Assembly (NCBI GenBank): GCA_041640455.1
Contig: JBEQAF010000023.1
Coordinates: 1-27,107 of the forward strand
Length of the DNA: 27,107 nucleotides
Direction: 5' to 3'
DNA from: a bacterium
GTDB taxonomy: Bacteria; CALINM01
Under the pieces are notes generated by a model. It was not told the DNA's origin. It did no database searches and saw only the letters and a program-made list of their open reading frames with translations. The translations under genes were made by a program, and so were the position numbers. Of this stretch, positions 9,171-18,698 are shown piece after piece (the stretch's first letter is position 1; every line of letters begins with the position of its first letter).

Positions 9171-9202
9171 CAATAGGTCTCTAATAGAATAACTTAAGTT
9201 AT
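9167..9202 (+). promoter_or_regulatory. Sigma70-type promoter of zapB-zapA-ssrS, overlapped by a 14-bp palindrome
   Basis: TTGACA (9167-9172), 17 bp, TAACTT (9190-9195). Perfect palindrome ATAACTTAAGTTAT at 9189-9202. SD AGGAG follows. Confidence 0.55.
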
Positions 9203-9213
9203 AGGAGATACGA

Positions 9214-9465
9214 ATGGATTTTGAAAAAAAGATTGAAGATCTTACCATTAAAATAGATAATCTGGTTAGTAGATATGAAAATTTAAAAAATGAAAATTTA
9301 GATCTTAAAAGGAGAGCAGAGGAAAGAGAAAGGGAAATAAATAGGCTAAATGAAGAGATTGAAAAGCTCAAGCTTGAAAAGAAAGAGGCGCTTAAGAACA
9401 TTGATAATGTTATTAACAAGGTAAGTTTGTTTATTGAAGGTAAGGAAAGTGAATCGCTCCTATGA
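9214..9465 (+). CDS. zapB: Cell division protein ZapB-like coiled coil
   Basis: 83-aa all-coiled-coil protein directly upstream of zapA and 6S RNA. Confidence 0.65.
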   Translation: MDFEKKIEDLTIKIDNLVSRYENLKNENLDLKRRAEEREREINRLNEEIEKLKLEKKEALKNIDNVINKVSLFIEGKESESLL

Positions 9466-9723
9466 GATTACCATTCTTGGTAATAAATTTACTATTTTAA
9501 CTGACCTTACAGAAATTGAGATTAAAAAACTTGAAGCCATTGTAAAAAAAAAATTGATGAGATTAGCGGTAAGCACAAACTAATCAGTCCAGTTCAGATG
9601 TTGCTGATGGCTTTGTTAAGTGTTAGCGAGGAGTTAATCAGGCAGGAAAGAAAGTTAAGTTTATTAGAGGGTTTTTTAGAAGAAAAAATTAATACCATAT
9701 CCAGCGTCATCACAGAGGAATAA
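9449..9723 (+). CDS. zapA: Cell division protein ZapA, frameshifted at an A10 run (9544-9553)
   Basis: GTG at 9449 gives MNRSYEITILGNKFTILTDLTEIEIKKLEAIVKKK. Adding one A continues IDEISGKHKLISPVQMLLMALLSVSEELIRQERK...ITEE to TAA 9721-9723. ZapA-like pattern in the canonical position before ssrS. Confidence 0.8.
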
Positions 9724-9724
9724 T

Positions 9725-9900
9725 AATCCCTGGGGTGTTCGTGATGGGTGTTAGGGCTTGAGCCAACATCTCTAAGAAGGGGGTCCGTCCCTGACTGTGG
9801 TGTGCAAGCCTTCCTTAGAGAAGGAAGCCTAAAGCAGTTACATGGACGCCACTTATTTTAGCTAAGCTAAGCCCATAGCTCACACGGCATTCTGGGGATT
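9725..9900 (+). ncRNA. ssrS: 6S RNA
   Basis: About 176 nt between zapA and rny. The 5' end AATCCCTGGGGTGT pairs with the 3' end GCATTCTGGGGATT (with G-U pairs). GATGGGT/GCCCAT arms, apical hairpin CTTCCTT-AGAG-AAGGAAG, followed by a T run. zapA-ssrS synteny is well known. Confidence 0.85.
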
Positions 9901-9946
9901 TTTTTTTAATACCCCTCACAAGAGGGTTTAATATAAAGGAGGATTT

Positions 9947-11497
9947 ATGAATCTGGTTTTTGGTTTGGCAGGAGTATTATTAGGATTAGTGGCAGGTGTC
10001 TTTGTATTTTATCTTATCTCAAAAAAGAAGCTGTCAGATCTGGAAAATGAAAGAAAAAAGGTTGCTGAAGAGGCAAAAAAACAGGTTGAGATTGCAAAAA
10101 AGGAAGCAGAGCTACAGTTAAAAGACAGCCTGCTTCAGCAAAAGATTGACATTGACCGGGAGCTCAAACAGAAAAAGGATGAACTGGCGGCAAGTGAAAA
10201 AAGGCTTGCTATTAAGGAGGAGAGTTTACAGAAAAGAATTGATATTATTGATAGCAGGGAGGTTGAGCTTTTAAAGAAGGAGAGAGCAGTTTCCTCTCAG
10301 GAGAAGGAGCTGGCAGACAAAAAGAATCAACTTGAAAATATTATTAGAGAGCAGAAACAGCTTTTAGAAAAGATTGCAGGATATACAGCCGATGAGGCAA
10401 AAAGAGACCTGATTCAGCTTATTGAAGAGGAGGCAAAAAGGGAATCTGCCAAAAGATTAAGAGAGATTGAGGAAGAGCTTAAGGAAACAGCAACAAAAAA
10501 GGCTCAGGAATACATTGCACTCTCCATTCAGAGACTTTCAGGAGATTTTGTAGTTGAGAAAACTGTTTCAGCTGTAGCTCTGCCTAACGATGAGATGAAG
10601 GGAAGAATCATTGGTAGAGAAGGCAGAAATATTCGTGCCTTTGAATCTATAACAGGTGTTGATGTGATTATTGATGATACTCCAGAGGTGGTAGTAATAT
10701 CATCTCATAATCCTGTAAGAAGAGAGGTTGCCAGATTATCTTTAGAAAGGCTAATTTCTGATGGAAGAATTCATCCAGCAAGAATAGAGGAGATAGTTGA
10801 AAAGGTGAGAGTTGAGGTTGACCAGTCCATTAAAGAGGCTGGAGAGAAGGCAGTTTTTGATACAGGGATTCATAACGTGCATCCAGATATAGTAAAACTA
10901 ATTGGAACCTTAAAATACAGAACAAGTTACGGTCAGAACCTATTGGAACATTCCCTCGAAGTTGCATACATATGCGGTATTATGGCTGCGGAGCTTAATC
11001 TGAATGTGAAACATGCAAAGAGAGCTGGACTTTTGCATGATATTGGTAAGGCAGTAGACCATGAGGTTGAGGGATCCCATGCAATTATAGGCGCCGATAT
11101 TTTGAGAAAATATAACGAAAATCCAAAGATTATAAATGCCATTGCAAGCCATCATGGTGAAGAGGATGCTGGCTCTATCTATTCCATATTGGTTCAGGCT
11201 GCAGATACGCTTTCAGCTGCAAGACCTGGCGCGAGAAGAGAAACCCTTGAAAGCTATGTAAAAAGGGTACAGGATCTGGAAAGGATAGCCGCTGAAGCTC
11301 CAGGAGTTATGAAAGCCTATGCCATTCAGGCAGGGAGAGAGGTTAGAATCATTGTTGAAAATAATAAAATCAATGATGATGAAGCCTTTGTGCTCGCAAG
11401 GGATATTGCAAAGAAGATTGAGAATGAGCTTACCTATCCAGGTCAGATAAAAGTTACTGTTATCAGAGAGCTTAGAGCAATTGAGTATGCAAGATAG
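9947..11497 (+). CDS. rny: Ribonuclease Y
   Basis: N-terminal TM helix, coiled coil, KH domain (MKGRIIGREGRNIR), HD domain (GLLHDIGKA), AIQAGREVR. Confidence 0.97.
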   Translation: MNLVFGLAGVLLGLVAGVFVFYLISKKKLSDLENERKKVAEEAKKQVEIAKKEAELQLKDSLLQQKIDIDRELKQKKDELAASEKRLAIKEESLQKRIDIIDSREVELLKKERAVSSQEKELADKKNQLENIIREQKQLLEKIAGYTADEAKRDLIQLIEEEAKRESAKRLREIEEELKETATKKAQEYIALSIQRLSGDFVVEKTVSAVALPNDEMKGRIIGREGRNIRAFESITGVDVIIDDTPEVVVISSHNPVRREVARLSLERLISDGRIHPARIEEIVEKVRVEVDQSIKEAGEKAVFDTGIHNVHPDIVKLIGTLKYRTSYGQNLLEHSLEVAYICGIMAAELNLNVKHAKRAGLLHDIGKAVDHEVEGSHAIIGADILRKYNENPKIINAIASHHGEEDAGSIYSILVQAADTLSAARPGARRETLESYVKRVQDLERIAAEAPGVMKAYAIQAGREVRIIVENNKINDDEAFVLARDIAKKIENELTYPGQIKVTVIRELRAIEYAR

Positions 11498-12302
11498 TTT
11501 TAATGTAATCTTTATAGGGGATATTGTAGGTAGACCTGGCAGGGAAGTTATAAAAAAGCTGCTGAAGGGTATGATAAAAAAACATAATGCCCTTTTTGTG
11601 ATAGCCAATGCTGAGAATTCAGCCAGCGGGTTTGGCATAACCGAGAAGGTAGCAAAAGATCTGTTTGCTCTCGGAATTGATGTTCTGACACTTGGTAATC
11701 ACTGCTTTGACAAAAAAGAATCTGAAAGCTTTATTGATAGTGAACCGCATATTTTGAGACCTTTAAACCTTTCGCCCTATGCACCTGGCAGAGGCTATGT
11801 GATAATAGAAAAAAGCCATATCAGGCTATGCATCGTGAACCTTATAGGGAAGGTATTTATGGAGAACTATGATTCTCCCTTTCTTGCTATTGAAAGACAT
11901 CTGCCCGAGATAACATCAAAAACCAGTAATATTTTGATTGATTTTCATGCTGAAGCCACCTCCGAGAAGAAGGCTATGGCATTTTTTTTAGACGGCAAGG
12001 TATCGGCAGTTTTGGGTACCCATACCCATGTACAGACAGCCGATGAGACAGTTTTAAAAAAAGGCACCGCATTCATTACAGATGTGGGAATGACGGGCAG
12101 TTTTGATTCCGTTATCGGGAATAGAGTTGAGGATGTGCTGGAAAGGTTTCTCAGAGGAGTGCCCAGAAAGCTTGAGGTTGCTACAGACGATGTGAGGCTT
12201 TCTTATGTGGTTTTATCAATAGACAAAAACACAGGAATGACACTTAAGATAGAAAGATTCTGTGATAAAACTTTGGAGGAAGATAATGAAATCACCTCTT
12301 GA
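11487..12302 (+). CDS. ymdB: YmdB-family (TIGR00282) metallophosphoesterase
   Basis: [41 protein letters not shown]. Follows rny. Confidence 0.93.
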   Translation: MQDSFNVIFIGDIVGRPGREVIKKLLKGMIKKHNALFVIANAENSASGFGITEKVAKDLFALGIDVLTLGNHCFDKKESESFIDSEPHILRPLNLSPYAPGRGYVIIEKSHIRLCIVNLIGKVFMENYDSPFLAIERHLPEITSKTSNILIDFHAEATSEKKAMAFFLDGKVSAVLGTHTHVQTADETVLKKGTAFITDVGMTGSFDSVIGNRVEDVLERFLRGVPRKLEVATDDVRLSYVVLSIDKNTGMTLKIERFCDKTLEEDNEITS

Positions 12303-13488
12303 ACAGTTAGCCATAATAAAAAGAGGCATTGTTGAGATAATACAGGAAGATGAGCTTCTGGAAAAGCTAAAAGAAAGCTATCTTAATAAGAAGCCGCTAA
12401 AGATAAAGGCTGGTTTTGATCCCACAGCGCCTGACCTTCATCTGGGACATACAGTTTTATTAAACAAGATGAAACAGTTTCAGGACCTCGGACATACAGT
12501 GATATTTCTGATTGGAGATTTTACCGGGATGATAGGGGATCCCACTGGCAAGTCTGAAACAAGAAAGGCTCTAACAAGAGAAGATGTTTTGAAAAATGCA
12601 GAGACCTATAAAGAGCAGGTTTTTAAAATACTTGATCCCCGGAAGACCATAGTAGATTTTAACAGTCGCTGGCTTGATCAGCTTTCTGGAAAAGACATGA
12701 TATTTCTCTCTGCCAAATATACGGTGGCAAGGATGCTGGAAAGAGATGATTTTGCAAAAAGATATGAGTCGGGAAGACCCATAAGTATCCACGAGTTTAT
12801 GTATCCATTGCTTCAAGGCTACGATTCGGTTGTGCTTGAGGCTGATGTCGAGCTGGGCGGAACAGACCAAAAATTTAATCTTCTTGTGGGAAGGGATCTT
12901 CAGAGGGAGTATGGAAAAAGACCTCAGACTGTTATAACCATGCCGCTTCTGGAGGGACTTGACGGAATAAATAAGATGAGCAAATCTCTGGGTAACTATG
13001 TGGGCGTAACAGATGATCCTTTCGATATGTTTGGCAAGATAATGTCCATCTCTGATGAGCTTATGGTGAGGTATTACGAACTGCTGAGCGAAATTGAGCT
13101 GGATCAGCTTGAAAGACTAAAAGAAAATCTAAAAAATGGTTCAAAACATCCTCTGGAGGCAAAAAAAGAGTTAGCCTTTGAGATTGTAAAAAGATTTCAT
13201 AGTATTGAGAAGGCAGTTAAGGCAAAAGAAGAGTTTGAAAGGGTATTTTCAAAAAAAGAGATCCCTGAAGATATTGATCAATATAAGATTGAGCTTGAAA
13301 AACCTCTCGTAGATATACTGGTTGAATCAAAAATTTTATCCTCAAAAAGTGAGGCTAAAAGAATGATTCAGCAGAATGCAGTATATATTAATAACGAGAG
13401 AGTTAGCGACATAAACTTTAAAATCAGCCTGACGATGAAAAACTCAGTCATAAAGGTGGGAAAGAGAAAATTTCTTAAACTGGTTTAG
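12286..13488 (+). CDS. tyrS: Tyrosine--tRNA ligase
   Basis: [26 protein letters not shown] and a C-terminal S4 domain. Start at ATG 12286 after GGAGGA. Confidence 0.97.
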   Translation: MKSPLEQLAIIKRGIVEIIQEDELLEKLKESYLNKKPLKIKAGFDPTAPDLHLGHTVLLNKMKQFQDLGHTVIFLIGDFTGMIGDPTGKSETRKALTREDVLKNAETYKEQVFKILDPRKTIVDFNSRWLDQLSGKDMIFLSAKYTVARMLERDDFAKRYESGRPISIHEFMYPLLQGYDSVVLEADVELGGTDQKFNLLVGRDLQREYGKRPQTVITMPLLEGLDGINKMSKSLGNYVGVTDDPFDMFGKIMSISDELMVRYYELLSEIELDQLERLKENLKNGSKHPLEAKKELAFEIVKRFHSIEKAVKAKEEFERVFSKKEIPEDIDQYKIELEKPLVDILVESKILSSKSEAKRMIQQNAVYINNERVSDINFKISLTMKNSVIKVGKRKFLKLV

Positions 13489-13489
13489 T

Positions 13490-14673
13490 ATGAAAAACAG
13501 TTTTATAAAAGGAAATATTCTTATCTTAAGTATGGCAAGTCTATTTAACGATATTGCCAGTGATATGATATATCCGCTCATACCGTTGTTTATTGCAAAT
13601 TTAGGCGGGACTCCTAAGATTCTGGGGCTTATTGAAGGGATAGGAGAGACCATATCAAGCCTTTTAAAGCTTTTTAGCGGATATCTTTCAGATCTGACTA
13701 AAAAAAAACTCTTACCTTTGCAGGCTATTCACTGTCAAACATATTTAGACCCCTTTATTTTATAGCCAATAGCTGGCAAGTTGTTTTTTTTATAAGATTT
13801 TTTGACAGAGTGGGGAAGGGGATTAGAACAGCCCCGAGAGACGCTCTGATAGCCAATTCTGTATCTGAAAAAGATAGAGCTAAGGCATTCAGCTTTCACA
13901 GAGCGCTGGACAATCTGGGCGCCCTTGTAGGTCCTCTTATTGCCATGATTATCCTTTCCATTTTTAACAATAATATAAGAATGGTATTTCTACTTTCTAC
14001 AATTCCAGGGCTAATGGTACTTATTCTGCTTTTTTTTGTAAAAGAGTCTGATACTTATAAAAACAATAGTAAAGTTATATCACTGAAAGAACTGCTTTCT
14101 ATGAAAAAGTTTTCAGGAAAGCTAAGGTTTTTATTTATCACCCTATTTATTTTTACTCTCGGTAATAGCAGTGATGCTTTTATAATTTATCGACTTAAGG
14201 TTGCTGGTGTGAACACTGTTTATATCCCTCTTCTATGGGGTATTTTTAATCTAATTAAATCCCTCGGAAACTATCCATCAGGTATTATAGCAGACAATAT
14301 GGGTAAAAAAAGGATTATCATAACTGGCTGGATATTGTACGCTATTATATATGTTTTGTTTGGGATTGTTAATTCCATGACAGGAGTAATAACTGTTTTC
14401 CTTATTTATGGTTTATATTATAGCATGACGGAAGGTGCTGAAAGGGCTTATATAGCCGATCTGGTTCCTGCTGAGCTCAGAGGCTCAGCCTACGGATTTT
14501 ATAACTTTGTAATAGGCATATCTGCCCTACCGGCAAGCCTTCTGTTTGGCTATATCTGGGAAAAATTTTCCTATAAAGCTGCATTCTTTACAGGATCTGC
14601 ATTTAGTTTGTTGGCTATTATTTTGTTTTTAGTGACTCAAGATATTTTATCATCAGACAACAAAGAAAGATAA
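13490..14673 (+). CDS. MFS transporter, frameshifted at an A9 run (13700-13708)
   Basis: The two track ORFs join when one A is added: ...GYLSDLTKKK-TLTFAGYSLSNIFRPFYFIANSWQVVFFIRFFDRVGKGIRTAPRDALI..., a continuous MFS sequence. Confidence 0.85.
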
Positions 14674-15439
14674 GAAAATTGACCATAACAATAGTTGCCC
14701 CTGAAGGCAGGTTATATACAAAAGATATAGTTATACCTGTAAGAACAGACGTTACAGAGAATATTATAGAAAACAAAGATACCTTTCTGTAGCTGTGAAA
14801 AATCTGCAGTGCTGAAACGGAGGGTAGTATTAAAAGGGCAGAAACAAGCATTATCCCCACCACTCTCATGGACATCACTACAGTGATGGCGGTAAGCATA
14901 GATAGAACGTAATTCAACTTTACTGTGTCTATTCCAGTAATCTTAGCCAGTTCCTCATCAAAAGCCATGCTGAAAAGATCATCAAGATAAATTAAGATAA
15001 GTCCACATACTACTACTGATAAAATTACCGAGATATACATGTCAGATTTTGAAATGGCAAGTATATTTCCAAAAAGATAGCTAAAAATATCAATATTAAA
15101 ACCTCCTGCCATATGAGATACTATTACACCTCCGGCTATCCCTGCGGCTGAGATGATACCAATAGCTGCATCTCCGTAAATCTTTGACTTATGGGTGAGT
15201 TTTAATATCCCCAGGCTGCTTAATACAGAAAATGGTAGTGCTATGTAGAAGGGATCATTTTTTGTAAGCAAACCCAGTGCCACGCCGCCAAAAGTAATAT
15301 GGGCAAGCCCGTCCCCTATTAATGATAATCTTTTTAAAACCAGAAATATGCCAAGAAGTGAACAGGTCATGGCAACTAACAGACCTGTAAATAAAGCTCT
15401 TACAATAAAATCATATTTAAAAAGCTCCAGTAATTCCAA
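14618..15439 (-). CDS. znuB: Zn/Mn ABC transporter permease
   Basis: RLSLIGDGLAHITFGGVA, SYLFGNILA, FDEELAK, VGIMLVSALLILP. Overlaps the MFS 3' end convergently. Confidence 0.88.
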   Translation of the reverse strand: MELLELFKYDFIVRALFTGLLVAMTCSLLGIFLVLKRLSLIGDGLAHITFGGVALGLLTKNDPFYIALPFSVLSSLGILKLTHKSKIYGDAAIGIISAAGIAGGVIVSHMAGGFNIDIFSYLFGNILAISKSDMYISVILSVVVCGLILIYLDDLFSMAFDEELAKITGIDTVKLNYVLSMLTAITVVMSMRVVGIMLVSALLILPSVSALQIFHSYRKVSLFSIIFSVTSVLTGITISFVYNLPSGATIVMVNFLIFLCCLMIKYLESLKTK

Positions 15440-15444
15440 GAGAA

Positions 15445-16212
15445 CTAATCTCCTTTTATATGATTATGATCCATATGACATATTAGATGCTGAGTGCGGT
15501 AGCCAAAATAATCCTTCATGGATTCTGATTTACAGAAATCATTAAAAGTGCCGTAAAAAATGATGTTTCTGTCAAAATACATCAGTTTAGAAGCATACTT
15601 ACCCACATATCCTATGTCATGGGTGACCAGAATAATGGTCTTTCCTTCTTCTCTGTTCATTCTTACCAGTATATTAAAGAAGCTTTCTCTGATTTCTGGA
15701 TCAAGAGCAACTGTGGGCTCATCAAGAATAAGAAGTTCTGGATTATTTACCAGTGCACGGGCAATAAGCGCTCGCTGCTGTTGTCCACCTGAGAGGTTAG
15801 AAAGTGGTTTATCTTTTAAAGGTAGCATCTCAACTAAGCTCAATGCCCTCTCAATAAGGATATTTTTGTTTGATGTGATGCTTTTGGCTATTCCCATCTG
15901 AACAACCTCTTTGACACTGGCTGGGAAAATAGGATTAAAATAGGAAAATCTCTGGGGGATATAGCCTATTTTGTGCCAGTCTTTGAAGTCCTTTACTGAT
16001 ATACCATACAAAAAGATCTTACCTGAAAAGGGCAATAGATTGAGTAAGGTTTTTATAAGAGTGCTTTTACCGGAGCCGTTAGGTCCCACTATGGCAAGAA
16101 AATCTCCCTGATAAATAGAGAAGTTGAGACCTGCAAACACCTCGTTACCCGGATATCTGACAGACAGGCTCTGAACTCTGTAGACCTCCTGATTAATCAA
16201 GCTCTTCTCCAT
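15445..16212 (-). CDS. znuC: Zn/Mn ABC transporter ATP-binding protein
   Basis: GPNGSGKST, LSGGQQQR, ILDEPT, VTHD and a His/Cys-rich tail (HLICHMDHNH). Confidence 0.88.
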   Translation of the reverse strand: MEKSLINQEVYRVQSLSVRYPGNEVFAGLNFSIYQGDFLAIVGPNGSGKSTLIKTLLNLLPFSGKIFLYGISVKDFKDWHKIGYIPQRFSYFNPIFPASVKEVVQMGIAKSITSNKNILIERALSLVEMLPLKDKPLSNLSGGQQQRALIARALVNNPELLILDEPTVALDPEIRESFFNILVRMNREEGKTIILVTHDIGYVGKYASKLMYFDRNIIFYGTFNDFCKSESMKDYFGYRTQHLICHMDHNHIKGD

Positions 16213-16215
16213 ATT

Positions 16216-17154
16216 TTAGTAACACTCAAGCCCCTCTTTAAAAGCGCTAAGATTTTTTTCCATAATTTCGAGAAAGCTAACGTTCATATCAATGTCCTGT
16301 CTGGTAACGTTATGAGCACTGCTAACTTTTAGAAGTTTAACATTAGTTTCTGAGGCGATTACACTTGCTACTTTCGAGTTTTCTATCTCTTCATAGAAAA
16401 TAGCTTTAATTCCCTGTTTTTTAATAGTGTCAACGATCTTAATGATGTGTTTTGGTGAAGGCTCTTCATCGGGCTCGAGCCCCTTGTAAAAAGGAATAAA
16501 TTTTAGATCATATCTTGCAGCAAGATAGCTAAAGGTATTATGTCCACCAAATATAATATTCCTGCTCCTGCAGGTTGAAAGGGTATTCTTATATTTTTTG
16601 TCCAGCTCATCTATCTTTATCAGATAATCATTCATATTTTTAAGAAAAACCGCTTTATTTTCAGGTGATAGAGAGATGAGCCCCTCTGTAATATTTTTAA
16701 TTATCAGTTTAACATTGTCAAAATCAAGCCAGATATGGGGGTCTATCTTATGATCATGATCATGTTTACTATCGTGGCTGTCTTTAATAGATGATTTTAT
16801 GAATTTTACATCTTTACTGGCATCAATCAAAAGGGGTCTGCCTTTGTTTTCCTTAATTATATTTTGTATCCATTTCTCCATAAAGATTCCTGTATAAACC
16901 AGCATGTGGGAGTTATTGATTCTGATAAGATCGTCAGGTTTTGGCTCGTAGCTGTGGGACTCAACACCAGGCGGAAGAAGAAGTTTTACCTCTACCATAT
17001 CTCCGCCTATTGCCTTAGTAAAATCATAAAGCGGGAAAAGTGTAGTCATTACTTTGATTTTATTAGTTTCCTGAGATATGGGAGTTTTGGGTTTACATCC
17101 CGAAAAATTAAAAATCAGTAGAATTAAAAATACATAAAAGCTCAAAGTTTTCAT
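16216..17154 (-). CDS. znuA: Zn/Mn ABC transporter substrate-binding lipoprotein (cluster A-I)
   Basis: Lipobox FSGC, ESHSYEP, His-rich loop HDSKHDHDH, DPHIWLD. Strong SD AGGAGG. Confidence 0.88.
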   Translation of the reverse strand: MKTLSFYVFLILLIFNFSGCKPKTPISQETNKIKVMTTLFPLYDFTKAIGGDMVEVKLLLPPGVESHSYEPKPDDLIRINNSHMLVYTGIFMEKWIQNIIKENKGRPLLIDASKDVKFIKSSIKDSHDSKHDHDHKIDPHIWLDFDNVKLIIKNITEGLISLSPENKAVFLKNMNDYLIKIDELDKKYKNTLSTCRSRNIIFGGHNTFSYLAARYDLKFIPFYKGLEPDEEPSPKHIIKIVDTIKKQGIKAIFYEEIENSKVASVIASETNVKLLKVSSAHNVTRQDIDMNVSFLEIMEKNLSAFKEGLECY

Positions 17155-17181
17155 AATCTAACACTCCTCCTTTTAAAAGTC

Positions 17182-18039
17182 TTAGATATTTCTCGGAAAC
17201 AGCTGGTAGTCTGGTGGTTCCTCAACACCTTTTAAAACTCTGTCAAAATAAGAATCTTCTTTAATAATGGATCTGGGAAAGTTTACCACAGGCAGGGGAT
17301 TGAAATTATAACCTAACTTTTTAAGAGTTGCAACTCCCTGCTTTATTATCATTGCTCCTTCAGCCACAGTCTTGCCTAAATTTCTAATACTTCTTACATT
17401 AAGTAATCCGCTGAGAGCTGGTCTGACCCTTGATGATTCGGGAAATATGCCATCTCTGCTAAGAGCTCTTACGGAATCACAGGTATCCAAAAGTCCACCC
17501 AAAAAAGATGCCTGTGGTGGGGGATCCGATGGGAAGGGACGGGCACCCACAACAAAGCTACTTCCTATTGCAAGTGCCCAGTTATGAATGGTTTTTAAAG
17601 CGGATTCCTGACCACCTCTTCTTTCAAATGCTACAATAATCCCACCCACAACCTTATGACCTAAAGCTCCGCTTAGCCTTGATGCAGCATAATGGCAAAA
17701 TGGTGCACCCCTTTCAAGAAGAGCCTTAAGTTTGGCTGATACATCAAAGGCATAGGATGGGCTTCCGATAATAATGCCATCTGCTGAGACAATTTTTCTG
17801 TAAACTTCCGATACATCATCTTTATGAACATAGCATATCTGATCCCAACTGGCTCCTTTACTGAATCCATAGCATTGATAGCAGCCTTCACAGGGGTTAA
17901 TATTTCTATCAGACAGCCCTATAAATTCGGTCTCAATACTTTCATGAAGCTCTTCGGCAGAGGCAAGAGCAAGCTTTACTGCCTCGTCAGTATTACCTTT
18001 TCTGGGACTGCCAGATATGCCAAGTATTTTAACCTTCAT
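17182..18039 (-). CDS. Iron-sulfur flavoprotein / NADPH-dependent FMN reductase family protein
   Basis: KILGISGSPRKGNT, CEGCYQC...C, ADGIIIGSPSY, LKALLER, RRGGQE. Likely start MKVK at 18039. Confidence 0.85.
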   Translation of the reverse strand: MKVKILGISGSPRKGNTDEAVKLALASAEELHESIETEFIGLSDRNINPCEGCYQCYGFSKGASWDQICYVHKDDVSEVYRKIVSADGIIIGSPSYAFDVSAKLKALLERGAPFCHYAASRLSGALGHKVVGGIIVAFERRGGQESALKTIHNWALAIGSSFVVGARPFPSDPPPQASFLGGLLDTCDSVRALSRDGIFPESSRVRPALSGLLNVRSIRNLGKTVAEGAMIIKQGVATLKKLGYNFNPLPVVNFPRSIIKEDSYFDRVLKGVEEPPDYQLFPRNI

Positions 18040-18688
18040 AATCAGCCTCAAAGAATTGAAAATAATTAATAAAACTATAGGATGGCACCCCGATAAAGCG
18101 CCTTATGTCCTGTATTTTCCTATTATTTTCAATATTTGTAAAGACGTTTTGAAATATAAGTTCGTAATAAAAGGATCTATCAAACCGATCAATTATAATT
18201 AATGGATGTAGATATCTATATTCATCTCTCAAAATGGGTAGCTGCTCTAAAAATAATTCTTCAAATATATCAAATATTTTTAAACTATTTTTGAGATTAA
18301 CATTATATATGGTTGGCAAGACTTTAATCTCTCCCTCTCTAAATAGATTAAATATTCTTTGTTTATCTAATATGAGATAGGTTAATCTTTTGTCGTTAAT
18401 GGAGACAAAAAGGATTTTATTTCGGTGTTTTGATGAAGCTACTGGGAAGGGAAAAAAGGGCATCTGAAAATGGGAGAATGAAAAAATAAAATTTAATGAG
18501 AAAAGCTCGGGCAGGATCTGAGAAAGCTCCTGATTAAGCCGGTTAACAGGTTCAATGGATCGTAAAAAATCTGGATATAAAACTACCAGAGCATGATCTT
18601 TAATTTCAGCAGATAGAAGATTTGTTAAAAGGGGTTTTAAATAAGGGTTTAGCTGTATTAGTTTATCAAGGATGTCTTTAACGTTCAT
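18029..18688 (-). CDS. Hypothetical protein with remote resemblance to DnaA domain I and a degenerate AAA+ domain
   Basis: 219-aa ORF. By-eye similarity: LRDEYRYLHPLIIIDRFD...ELIFQNVFTNIENNRKIQ against the DnaA Walker-B region. No P-loop. Confidence 0.45.
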   Translation of the reverse strand: MNVKDILDKLIQLNPYLKPLLTNLLSAEIKDHALVVLYPDFLRSIEPVNRLNQELSQILPELFSLNFIFSFSHFQMPFFPFPVASSKHRNKILFVSINDKRLTYLILDKQRIFNLFREGEIKVLPTIYNVNLKNSLKIFDIFEELFLEQLPILRDEYRYLHPLIIIDRFDRSFYYELIFQNVFTNIENNRKIQDIRRFIGVPSYSFINYFQFFEADYEG

Positions 18689-18698
18689 ATATTTAACG

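Noticed and set aside
9147..9419. 90-aa Ser/Leu/Phe-rich minus-strand ORF
   Set aside because: Antisense shadow of the Glu/Lys-rich zapB coiled coil.
13490..13765. Separate 91-aa membrane protein
   Set aside because: It is the N-terminal part of the frameshifted MFS gene.
14618..14673. 56-bp convergent overlap of the MFS gene and znuB as antisense regulation
   Set aside because: Short 3' overlaps are common in compact genomes and there is no further supporting signal.
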